Below, piece by piece: positions 1-8,522 of a DNA stretch of 64,000 nt. The first letter of the stretch is position 1. The number at the start of each line of letters is the position of its first letter. The DNA comes from Nitrosopumilus sp. (GTDB lineage: Archaea > Thermoproteota > Nitrososphaeria > Nitrososphaerales > Nitrosopumilaceae): the NCBI GenBank assembly GCA_965214775.1, contig OZ243974.1, positions 1,696,001-1,760,000 of the forward strand. Direction: 5' to 3'. The position numbers were made by a program, and so were the translations under genes. Below the pieces are notes generated by a model. It saw only the letters and a program-made list of their open reading frames with translations. It made no database searches and was not told where the DNA came from.

Positions 1-771
1 ATCAGTGGAGTACCTGTGAAATCCCCCGCCAATCTGATCAAATATTCCGCCCCTTGCCATTTTGTTGAGGGTTCTTAGCGCAAACTCTTTGAATTTGCTC
101 AGGCCAGAGAGCTTTGCATACATGAACAGGAATGAGACATTTGCAGCATTGGGGAATTTTGGAGCAGTGCCAAATCCCCCATATGTGGCATCGCCAAGCT
201 GGAGCAGGTTCATTGCCGCCTCATCAAGCAGGATGCGTTCAAGCTTGCAGGGGGCTGAGACAGTCTCGGTTTTTTGCAAGGCGTCCAGAAAACTGTCTGC
301 GGATTTTTCAACATCGCTTGGTTTTTCTTTCCAGGCTTGAGACAACTGCCTGCATATGCTGCCAAAACCGGGCCTGCCATACGAATCTAGAACGGGAAAG
401 TAGGTTCCGACATAGAACGGTTTTTGATCAGGGGTAAGAAAGATGCTCAGTGGCCATCCGCCTTGGCCGGTTGCAATCTGGCAAACTTTTTGATAAACAT
501 CATCAATGTCAGGCCGCTCTTCTCGGTCCACTTTGATGTTGACAAAATTTTCATTCATGACTCTTGCAACCTCGTCATTTTCAAACGATTCGTGTGCCAT
601 GACATGGCACCAATGGCAGGAGCTGTACCCTATGCTCAGGAAGATGGGCTTGTTTTCATCTTTGGCCTTTTGCAATGCCGCATCATTCCAAGCATGCCAT
701 TTTACGGGATTGTCTGCGTGCTGCAGAAGATACGGGCTTGTTTCATGAGCAAGACTGTTGTTTTCAGCCAT
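1..771 (-). CDS. Thioredoxin-domain YyaL/DUF255 (SSP411) family protein, runs off window start
   Basis: Manual translation of the minus strand from ATG at 771: [28 protein letters not shown]...[18 protein letters not shown], the family N-terminal signature. Absent from the ORF track because it is truncated. Confidence 0.92.
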   Translation of the reverse strand, partial: MAENNSLAHETSPYLLQHADNPVKWHAWNDAALQKAKDENKPIFLSIGYSSCHWCHVMAHESFENDEVARVMNENFVNIKVDREERPDIDDVYQKVCQIATGQGGWPLSIFLTPDQKPFYVGTYFPVLDSYGRPGFGSICRQLSQAWKEKPSDVEKSADSFLDALQKTETVSAPCKLERILLDEAAMNLLQLGDATYGGFGTAPKFPNAANVSFLFMYAKLSGLSKFKEFALRTLNKMARGGIFDQIGGGFHRYSTD

Positions 772-1438
772 ACATCTTCACGCATGATTGAATATTTGTA
801 CCTATTTCCTGCTTTGAATTTTTTTCAATTCTTCTAGATGGGAATCAAATAACTTTTGGGTCTAGTCTGCAACTGTGTGATGTATGGTAAACGTCATGGA
901 TGGCCGCCTGCTTTTGCAGTCCTGGAACCCCGCTTCCTTGGTCGCTGTCCCTGCCTGGCATCTGCCGCGGTTATCACACCTTCAAAATACCGCCTTGCAA
1001 AATTATTTAAAAAACATGCAGAAAAATCCTGGCATCTGCACGGTTTCTGATTTCGGATCATCTCTCCGGGAGGGATCAATCCACCTGCAGCAGGTGACAC
1101 AGGATGCGGGATCCTGTTTATCGTCTTGTTGCCGTCTGCCCCGGTGCCGGCAGGTGCGGCCCTATCATACACACTGCCTGCCAGTTACCACTTGAAATTT
1201 CATGTATGGGACTGTGCGTGTGGGGGGCGGGATGCAGATATGGTGAAAAGCACAAGTTCTTCAACGGCGGGAAGCACTTCCTTGCGTAGTTTGTGCCCAC
1301 ATGTGTTGAAGAATTTTTGCCCGTCACCATAGATCCGGGAATCGTCAAAAAATGGCTGATCTGCAAGTTTTCGTATAGATCAGTTCCCAACACACAACAA
1401 TGCACTCCAACCATCAATAACCCCATTCCAAGATATTT

Positions 1439-2713
1439 TCAGGACAGTTTGGATTCAAATGAGCTTGTTGCAGAATTCCAAATGACTGAGAGGTTGTTGT
1501 CATACTTGTAGTTTTTTACAAAAGAATCCACGTTTGACTGCTGCTGTTTTTCTAACATCTCCAAAGTTCTTGATTTTTCATCAAGGTAATGTTTTTCTAA
1601 AATAAAATAATCCTCACGAATGTCGGTAATCATCTGACTTGCCACATCTCCTTCCAGCTCTCCGTTATCGAGCCTGCCAATGACCTCCTTTTCCTCGAGA
1701 ACCTTCTCTGACATGGTATCCTGAATTAGAGACTCGTACTCTAGGATTGTTTCGCTTATTTTTTGCTCAAACCGTGCCTGGATTGACTGTATTTTTTGAT
1801 TCAAGGAATCAACCTTTTGAATGGTTCTGTCACGATCTAGCTTTTCGATATCGATGACTGGTGTATTGGAAAAATCTTCACCAACTACTGTTCCCATGTT
1901 GTGCCGAATCCACATTTCTGCAGTATGCCGGGTGGTACATACGTAGTCATTTGTATGATGTCTATGCACTAGGGTGTGGCCTTCTCTGCATTCGGTTGCA
2001 GGATTATTCTGTCCAAGCTCCTCCCATGATATTTTATCAAAGGGATTTGCTTGCAGGTATTGAGGGTTTGTTCTGTAGTCCTCATAGTACTTTCGCAATT
2101 CTATGCCTGAAGTTTCATAATCAAACTGTCCATCGGATTCAAAAAGAATCTGCTGGTTATAGTATGCCTTTTCCCTTAGAACATTAAACAGGATATTTGC
2201 AGAAAGCATTTCGACTCGAGATATTTTTGCAGCTTCCACAAACGCATCTCTGGCCTCTTCAGGCCCGCCGCCATTTGAGATCACTTTGTAAAACGCATCT
2301 CTGCCTGCATTGACTTTTGATGCTGTAAATTTTAGATGATGATCATAGATTGTATCAGTAGATCCTGCAGGGTCGTTGGCAAGAGCACGTTCTAGCATGC
2401 TATCAAATGAGTAATAACCCCATATTTCCTCCCATTTTTCTAGATCATCTTCAAGATACCGTTGTACTGTTGCTCTTTTCTCTTCAAGCTCTCTTTGCTC
2501 TTCTAGATTTTCGGCATCCTGCTTTTGGATGTTTTCAATCCATCGCTTGCTCTTCTCAATTTTTTTGAGGATTTCTTGTGCTATTGGATCGTTTTCCAAA
2601 TCTCCACTTATGGTAGTCTGTTCTGAAACTTGGGCATAGGAAGAAGAAGTGCCAATCAGAGTAAACGAGAAGACCATAGCTAAAACTGTAATAATCGCAG
2701 TACCAACCATCAA
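1439..2713 (-). CDS. Secreted/membrane-anchored coiled-coil hypothetical protein (thaumarchaeal type)
   Basis: 424-aa ORF with N-terminal signal/TM segment, coiled coils and a C-x-x-G-x6-R...Y-V-C...W-x-x-H motif. Confidence 0.75.
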   Translation of the reverse strand: MMVGTAIITVLAMVFSFTLIGTSSSYAQVSEQTTISGDLENDPIAQEILKKIEKSKRWIENIQKQDAENLEEQRELEEKRATVQRYLEDDLEKWEEIWGYYSFDSMLERALANDPAGSTDTIYDHHLKFTASKVNAGRDAFYKVISNGGGPEEARDAFVEAAKISRVEMLSANILFNVLREKAYYNQQILFESDGQFDYETSGIELRKYYEDYRTNPQYLQANPFDKISWEELGQNNPATECREGHTLVHRHHTNDYVCTTRHTAEMWIRHNMGTVVGEDFSNTPVIDIEKLDRDRTIQKVDSLNQKIQSIQARFEQKISETILEYESLIQDTMSEKVLEEKEVIGRLDNGELEGDVASQMITDIREDYFILEKHYLDEKSRTLEMLEKQQQSNVDSFVKNYKYDNNLSVIWNSATSSFESKLS

Positions 2714-2796
2714 AAAAATGCCTGATTTTTCGTATTTAGCGGATACTGATAAATTATCAGTAAAAACAGGGATTCTGGGAAAGGATTGGAATTTTT

Positions 2797-2889
2797 GTAT
2801 GAGGTCACGTCCCCTTACTGGCTAGGCGTGGAAATCATAATTGTGTATACTAATTCGTGCCTGATTGGTGGGGATGGGTGACCACATAC
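2797..2889. mobile_element. 93-bp IS66-related MITE (family C), copy 1
   Basis: TIR GTATGAGGTCAC...GTGACCACATAC with 8-bp TSD GAATTTTT; ends match the IS66 at 61676-63592. Confidence 0.85.
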
Positions 2890-2933
2890 GAATTTTTGCA
2901 TGGCCGCATGTGCCTTGCTGCCACCTCCTCTCT

Positions 2934-3071
2934 GAGAGATGATCCAAAATTAGAAACCAAACAAATTTTTCGAATAATTTCACAGATAATCTGTATTTTG
3001 TCGGTGTTTTGAGCCGTTTTGTGCAAATTCGTTCACAGATAATCAGAACTTGCTAATTTCGAATCAACTCT
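2934..3071. mobile_element. ~140-bp MITE (family B), copy 1
   Basis: TIR-like GAGAGATGATCCAAAATTAG...CTAATTTCGAATCAACTCT. Homologous copies at 18209, 24004 and 43999; isolated ends at ~1040-1068 and 63799. Confidence 0.8.
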
Positions 3072-3427
3072 GGCAATAAGACAGCGTAATTATTTTGTTC
3101 CAGTCTGATGTGTAGGCTCACTGTCCCTGGTCTGATTGAGAGTCCTTTGTGGCTAGAGGGAAATAACGGTGAAAGGGCAGGTGATCGCATACGACTTCCG
3201 AATCGCTTGTTGTGTAAAGGAATCACTTTTCTGTGTAGAAACTCCAAAAACAAAAATTCCGACAATCACTGCTGCCAGAATGATCATGTCATCAGACACA
3301 GTTCCCTTTTTCCCAACTTTGCCCATTCTCAGACCAAAGAGTTTTAGCTTTAAGGCATGTCGTGGAATTCATACTATGAAAAAATAGGCAGAATAATACT
3401 CAAAATTCAAGCGATTAAATAGAGTAT

Positions 3428-3820
3428 TTGCCACATAGAATCATGGAAGAGGAATCTTTGCGATTCTGGATTATTCCCATGGTGTGTTTTGTTATAGTTG
3501 CAGTATTTCTTGTATTTACCCTTGATTACAGATACAATGTAATGTATCCAAACGCAGCAATAGAAAGAGAACAACTAAAAACAATAACGTGTGATGAGAT
3601 TCTCGAAAAGCAAAAGACGGGAAAATACTGGAGCTCTGAGAATGCAAAGATAGGAGCTGACAAGGCTTTGGCTTGTTTGCCACCCCCAACAGAAGAAAAG
3701 ACCGCGGGAGGAAATCCATACGTGGAGTTTTGCATCCCTGGAGGATTTGCGCCAGACAAAATTATTGAGAACAGCACCCATTCATTTAATCACGACACGT
3801 GTGTTTGGGATTTGAGATAA
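3428..3820 (+). CDS. Small membrane-anchored hypothetical protein
   Basis: 130-aa ORF with N-terminal TM helix and Cys pairs. Confidence 0.7.
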   Translation: MPHRIMEEESLRFWIIPMVCFVIVAVFLVFTLDYRYNVMYPNAAIEREQLKTITCDEILEKQKTGKYWSSENAKIGADKALACLPPPTEEKTAGGNPYVEFCIPGGFAPDKIIENSTHSFNHDTCVWDLR

Positions 3821-4120
3821 ACTGCCTATTGGACATCATGCGTAATCAATGCAGATCAAAAAATCAGGCATCTTTTACGTCGTTTTTGGCAAATACGTAT
3901 AATGTCTATTGCAAAGGCGATTCCTCAGACTGTCATTCCGACACTCGTATGTCATCTATTTTCTTCTTGCAGTCTTCCCAGATCCGCACGTCGCCGCCTC
4001 CACCCCCGCGAGTCGCGTGCATCTGGAAAGACCTAGTATTGATGTCTAGCCCTTGCCGTATACGGACTTGTGATCGCACACATAGAGAAGCTCGATTGTG
4101 TTATTGCCCAGTCAATACTA

Positions 4121-4198
4121 GACATTATGCGTAACCTACCTGAATAAGATGAATTTGCTCGTAATGATCCTAGATCTGAACCGATTACGCATAAAGTC
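4121..4198. mobile_element. 78-bp MITE (family A, IS5/DDE_Tnp_4-related), copy 1
   Basis: GACATTATGCGTAA...TTACGCATAAAGTC; colinear with the copy at 20449-20526; ends match the IS at 50264-51746. Confidence 0.85.
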
Positions 4199-4217
4199 TA
4201 ATAATTAGAATCAGGCT

Positions 4218-5270
4218 ATGAGATTTTGCCAAGAGCGATCAATAATGACTTTTTATCCAAGTATATTCATAAAACAATGCTTGAGTAAAGAACCCGATGA
4301 TTCAGAATTTCCAACATATTCTAGTAATTCAGACAGTACTGTAGAAATTAGAACTGACTCTGATACGCATATTGGAGTAGAGAAAAAAACAGGAGGATGG
4401 CTTGAAAATGAAACCGAAAGAATCTTACGGTTTGCAGGATTAAAAACTCAAAGAGAAAGAAGAGTGGTGTTTGAAGAATCTACCAACGAACATTACAGAG
4501 TGGATATTTTAGCTCAATATGACAATCTGACATTATTTGTAGAATGCAAAGACTATTCTGAACTAAAAGTAAACGAAAAAATTCTTTTCACTTTAATAGG
4601 TCAAGTTCACGATTACAGAAGAGATCATCCTGATGAAACTGTAGTGGGGATTTTAGTAACTAGTGCAAAAAATGTTGGTCAGAATTTAGGAATTCAAAAT
4701 AAACTCCAGCGTGAAGGATGTCAACTTTGGGATGGAACAACTATCCAAAAATTACAAGAAAAAATGATAGAGGTAGATCAAAAATCGGAATTTACGTCGT
4801 ATTTGCTAGAAAAACTTGGCTATGTATTACAGTCAGAAGAAATGGAAAAGAATAATCTTTTGCCAGGGCAACGCAAATTTCACTGCCGAATGCACTTTTT
4901 TTCAATTCCTGCTGTAAAATATATTGGAAATAAATTTTCACATAAATCCATAATTAGCGATCTAAAGCGGGTTCTAGATGGAACGCAAATATTCATATCA
5001 GCTGTCAGCTATAAAAATTTCAATTCGTCTGAAGGTGAACGAATGAATTTGTATGTTGACTTTGAAAAAAACGTTTCTGAAGAAAAATTAACGGAGTATT
5101 GGAAGAGTAAATCAAGATTTTTTAGAAAACCAAAAGAATCACCAATAGAGTTGATGGAGATTGCTTTTGAATCTGCTTGCATCGGAGCTGTATCAAAAAC
5201 ATATGGGGTGGAAATCAATCACCCTACAGGAGCATATCAGATTAAAACAATAGCTACACGTTCACAATAA
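4218..5270 (+). CDS. Mrr-like PD-(D/E)xK restriction endonuclease domain protein
   Basis: E...RVDILA...FVECKD...GILVT motif; AT-rich gene. Confidence 0.75.
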   Translation: MRFCQERSIMTFYPSIFIKQCLSKEPDDSEFPTYSSNSDSTVEIRTDSDTHIGVEKKTGGWLENETERILRFAGLKTQRERRVVFEESTNEHYRVDILAQYDNLTLFVECKDYSELKVNEKILFTLIGQVHDYRRDHPDETVVGILVTSAKNVGQNLGIQNKLQREGCQLWDGTTIQKLQEKMIEVDQKSEFTSYLLEKLGYVLQSEEMEKNNLLPGQRKFHCRMHFFSIPAVKYIGNKFSHKSIISDLKRVLDGTQIFISAVSYKNFNSSEGERMNLYVDFEKNVSEEKLTEYWKSKSRFFRKPKESPIELMEIAFESACIGAVSKTYGVEINHPTGAYQIKTIATRSQ

Positions 5271-5689
5271 ATCAAGTTTGACATAATGTAACAGGCAGTG
5301 CTCTGGAAGTTCAGGCGTGAATTTTGTCACTGATGAATGCCGATCAAACAGAACTTGTGCCTAAAATCAGAAACGGCTTCTAGGACTCTCTGTTACTGGT
5401 GATTTGCTAGTCCGCATTGTGCCGGAGTAGGATCTTGCGCCATGGCGGCAGTTTTTCATACTCTTTTAGCGCTTCTTCGATACCCTTCTTCAGCCAGCCT
5501 TCTTCTAACTCTGCCACAAGTTACCAACGCACGGTATGTGTATAAACATTGACAGTCAGTTTTCACGTGAGTTTGCCCCTTCTCGAAAATGCGGCGTGGT
5601 GGGAGCGGTCGTGAGTTCCATGGCCGAAAGTGTCTACCGGGGAGTAATCTCTTACCGGACTACGTCCGTGCATGTTTTTATAACATCGC

Positions 5690-6136
5690 ATGTATCGCCT
5701 ATTATTGGAAGAGTCATACGCCTGCAGGCTGATGGATGATGCAGGTATTCAGTACACCAAGGTGAAGGAAATTCCTCCGTCCTTCCAGTATGCACTGCTT
5801 GCCACAAAGGACAGAATAACGGTGGCTGGCAGACCCAAACTGGCCGAGTTGCAGGCCACGCACCCGTTCAATGCAGAGATGACCGAAAAATTCTTCAAGA
5901 TGGACGAGTCTGCCAAAAACGGAATCGTGTACGAATTGGAGCACCTTCTGGCAGGTCTGGATATCAGACACATGATAATAGTAAACGACGGCAGGCAGTT
6001 TTTTGGTTTTTCACTATCTGTCCTTTTAGAACAAGACGCTTCTGTCGTTGATTTTCTCAACGGCTACAACAAAGTCAAGGAGATCAGAGAACTGGTTGGA
6101 ACGCGGGCAACCAACCTCATGCATCTCCCCGCATGA
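5690..6136 (+). CDS. Hypothetical protein (DUF2299-like)
   Basis: 148-aa ORF upstream of the HEPN pair; family assignment is weak. Confidence 0.5.
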   Translation: MYRLLLEESYACRLMDDAGIQYTKVKEIPPSFQYALLATKDRITVAGRPKLAELQATHPFNAEMTEKFFKMDESAKNGIVYELEHLLAGLDIRHMIIVNDGRQFFGFSLSVLLEQDASVVDFLNGYNKVKEIRELVGTRATNLMHLPA

Positions 6137-6764
6137 TACGAGCACGGTTAGGATGGCACACATGGATAATCTGAGCGAGAAGCGGCATCTTGGGAGACCA
6201 CTGTCCCTTGTGGAGTCCGACAAGATTGTTAGGCGGTCAGAACCATACATGAGATCCGGGCAGGACGGCGATGCACAAAACCCGTCGCACAAGGAAAGCA
6301 ATACAGCATCCTGGCCGGCCTGTCTGGGGACACCGTATTGTCTTGCACTGGATAACGGCATCACACCGTATGATGGTGACACGAACCCCGCCAAGGCCAT
6401 CATTGGGAGAAAGCTGAACAGGGTCATTTCTATTGCGTCTACGAAGTTTGACGAGGTGGACGCAGAGGATCTAAGGGAGTTTGTATCGACTCCTGAAGTC
6501 TTGGACATTTCACACCTGCCGGAGCGCCTTTCTGCGGTATTTGAGTTAGCACATGCATTCATAGGCAGGTTGAATCGTGCCGGAAAATCTAGGATCGGCG
6601 TGTTTCATGATGGCGACTCTGAAGACAAACTTATCACCATAAAATGGTACGTCAACGCATCAGTCGACCAATGCATAAAATGGGCAGATGAAATGGTCTC
6701 TGCAATTATTGAGATGGACGAGGACATGCTTGACATAATCATGGTCGGGGTCGTTGCCGAATGA
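6048..6764 (+). CDS. Putative antitoxin partner of HEPN protein (true start probably downstream)
   Basis: Stop overlaps the HEPN start (ATGA); acidic C-terminal domain. Confidence 0.5.
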   Translation: MIFSTATTKSRRSENWLERGQPTSCISPHDTSTVRMAHMDNLSEKRHLGRPLSLVESDKIVRRSEPYMRSGQDGDAQNPSHKESNTASWPACLGTPYCLALDNGITPYDGDTNPAKAIIGRKLNRVISIASTKFDEVDAEDLREFVSTPEVLDISHLPERLSAVFELAHAFIGRLNRAGKSRIGVFHDGDSEDKLITIKWYVNASVDQCIKWADEMVSAIIEMDEDMLDIIMVGVVAE

Positions 6765-7195
6765 GTTATGACGGCTTTGAATTTGAGGATTATCTAGAGA
6801 TCAGCTCGTCCATAGAAAAATCTATCAAATCTGATGTGGACATAAGAATGAAAAAGCATGTCGCATGGATGCGCTGTGCAATAAGCAGGGCCTATTATGC
6901 CGCATTCCTGTCAATACGATCCGAGTTTGAAAGGGATCCAAAGCTAAGTCGACTCCTCACGAACACTGGTAGGGATCACAAGATCGTTGCCAAGGGCCTG
7001 AGCGGAAGCATGAGGAAATATTTAAGACCTCTGCACAACCTGCGAGACGCCCGGAACCTGTGCGATTATAACATGACACCCAAGTTTTCTGTCAGCATCA
7101 GAATGGTTGAGCAGGCCAACGAGGATGCAAAATTCCTGATTGCCCATTCCCATGATATGGCCCGTGCATATGACATCCGAAGAGCCAGGATCTGA
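6761..7195 (+). CDS. HEPN domain protein (putative RNase toxin)
   Basis: R-x-AISRAYYAAF...H...LRDARNLCDY HEPN signature. Confidence 0.85.
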   Translation: MSYDGFEFEDYLEISSSIEKSIKSDVDIRMKKHVAWMRCAISRAYYAAFLSIRSEFERDPKLSRLLTNTGRDHKIVAKGLSGSMRKYLRPLHNLRDARNLCDYNMTPKFSVSIRMVEQANEDAKFLIAHSHDMARAYDIRRARI

Positions 7196-7273
7196 CGTGT
7201 ATGGTGGCGCACCATATGCCGCAGGCCGTCTTTTTCTGCCTGGTTGGTATCGAGTTTTGCGATGACGGGCTGG

Positions 7274-7629
7274 TGAGGCGTTTCTCAGATCCGAGGAGCA
7301 CCTAGATCAGGTCAACGTGGATCCGATACTCGAGCAAAAGCAGCAGGTACAGCATGCGCTAGAAGAGGCGACGCCTGAACAGCTTGACCGTGTGCTAGAG
7401 GTGCTAGCATGCACCGGCAAGACGGGCCGAACCAGGTCGTAGTTGACAGCGGTTAGGATTTTTCTAGTACATACTCCAGCCTTGACCGGCAAGACGGGCC
7501 AAGCCAGGTCGTAGTTGACAGTCTGCAGGCAGAGCGGCTCATCGCAGCGGGGCACAGGTTTGTAGGGATTCTGCCCAACGGCAAGGTAGTCCTGCAAAGG
7601 AACCCGGACCCAAAGTGAAGGCGGGTCTA
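7274..7629 (+). pseudogene. 3' remnant of a tyrosine integrase plus downstream element end
   Basis: Encodes EAFLRSEEHLDQ...ATPEQLDRVLEVLACTGKTGRTRS*, matching the C-terminus of 22108-23427. 7485-7629 equals 23398-23542 except for one mismatch. Confidence 0.88.
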
Positions 7630-7817
7630 GTGGGATCCGGGTCCGCAGTGGATCCGGGTCTTTACTGATGACGGCAGAAAGTTATTGAAGTACTTTCAAA
7701 ACTTCTACCCTTTTTTATTTTATAATGTTTGCAATGCCCCTGTGACGACGATTAAGGTTCTTTAACGCATATGGGTATGAACTACGCAGGAGGACACTTT
7801 TTGATGATCAAGGACTT

Positions 7818-8522
7818 TCAATCGTTACTATAGTTTATCATAATGCCGTTGTCTCGCAGCCATGTTACGGCCCTTTGATAGTCGTGCATATGCGAGGAGA
7901 CCAGTCTCCAGAAACGATACGAATGGTCTTTGATCTTGAAATGACACAGCTCGTGCAATATTACATATTCGACTACAAACTTCGGAGCCTTGACAAGGTT
8001 GTAATTCAGGTTGATTTCATTACCAGTCGAGCTCCCCCATCTGTCCTTTAACTGCTTGACGTTTATTGTAGGAATGTTAACGCCTACTGTACTAGATAGT
8101 TTTTTCGTCAACCGTGCAAAAAGAACCCTTGCGCGCCTGTTAAGATATGCATTGTACATTTTTTGAATATGAGCGTTCGTGTGTCTTTTCTGAGGTATGT
8201 AAAACTCTAGTGTACTTCCTGCAATGCGTACATGCTCTGTACTGTTTGGTATGATTTTGATTGTATAGTGCTTGTCAAGTACGGGTAGGGTTGATTTTGT
8301 TGAAAATGTGGTATTTTTCTTGCCTGCATAATATAGCTGTTTTTTGTATATCCATGACGCCTTGTCCCTTACCATGCTTTTTACATCATGCATTGATTTG
8401 TTCTTGGGTGTTCGTACGGTAACACCTTGAACGGTAACCGTAATCTGTGAAGTCTTTACCCTGTTGCTTTGTATCAGATCATACAGGATTGATGTGTTTC
8501 CGTGCTTTATTTTTTGCATCAT
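7818..8522 (-). CDS. M48/YgjP (DUF45) metallopeptidase associated with type I R-M
   Basis: RWGS...YVILHELCH...H..FW motif; overlaps the hsdR stop. Confidence 0.92.
   Translation of the reverse strand: MMQKIKHGNTSILYDLIQSNRVKTSQITVTVQGVTVRTPKNKSMHDVKSMVRDKASWIYKKQLYYAGKKNTTFSTKSTLPVLDKHYTIKIIPNSTEHVRIAGSTLEFYIPQKRHTNAHIQKMYNAYLNRRARVLFARLTKKLSSTVGVNIPTINVKQLKDRWGSSTGNEINLNYNLVKAPKFVVEYVILHELCHFKIKDHSYRFWRLVSSHMHDYQRAVTWLRDNGIMINYSND

Noticed and set aside
62-1426. Short plus-strand ORFs at the window start
   Set aside because: Antisense to the YyaL gene or within degenerate repeat-derived intergenic DNA.
7413-7521. Minimal CRISPR array
   Set aside because: Only two repeats, the repeat is integrase coding sequence, and there is no cas gene or leader in the window.
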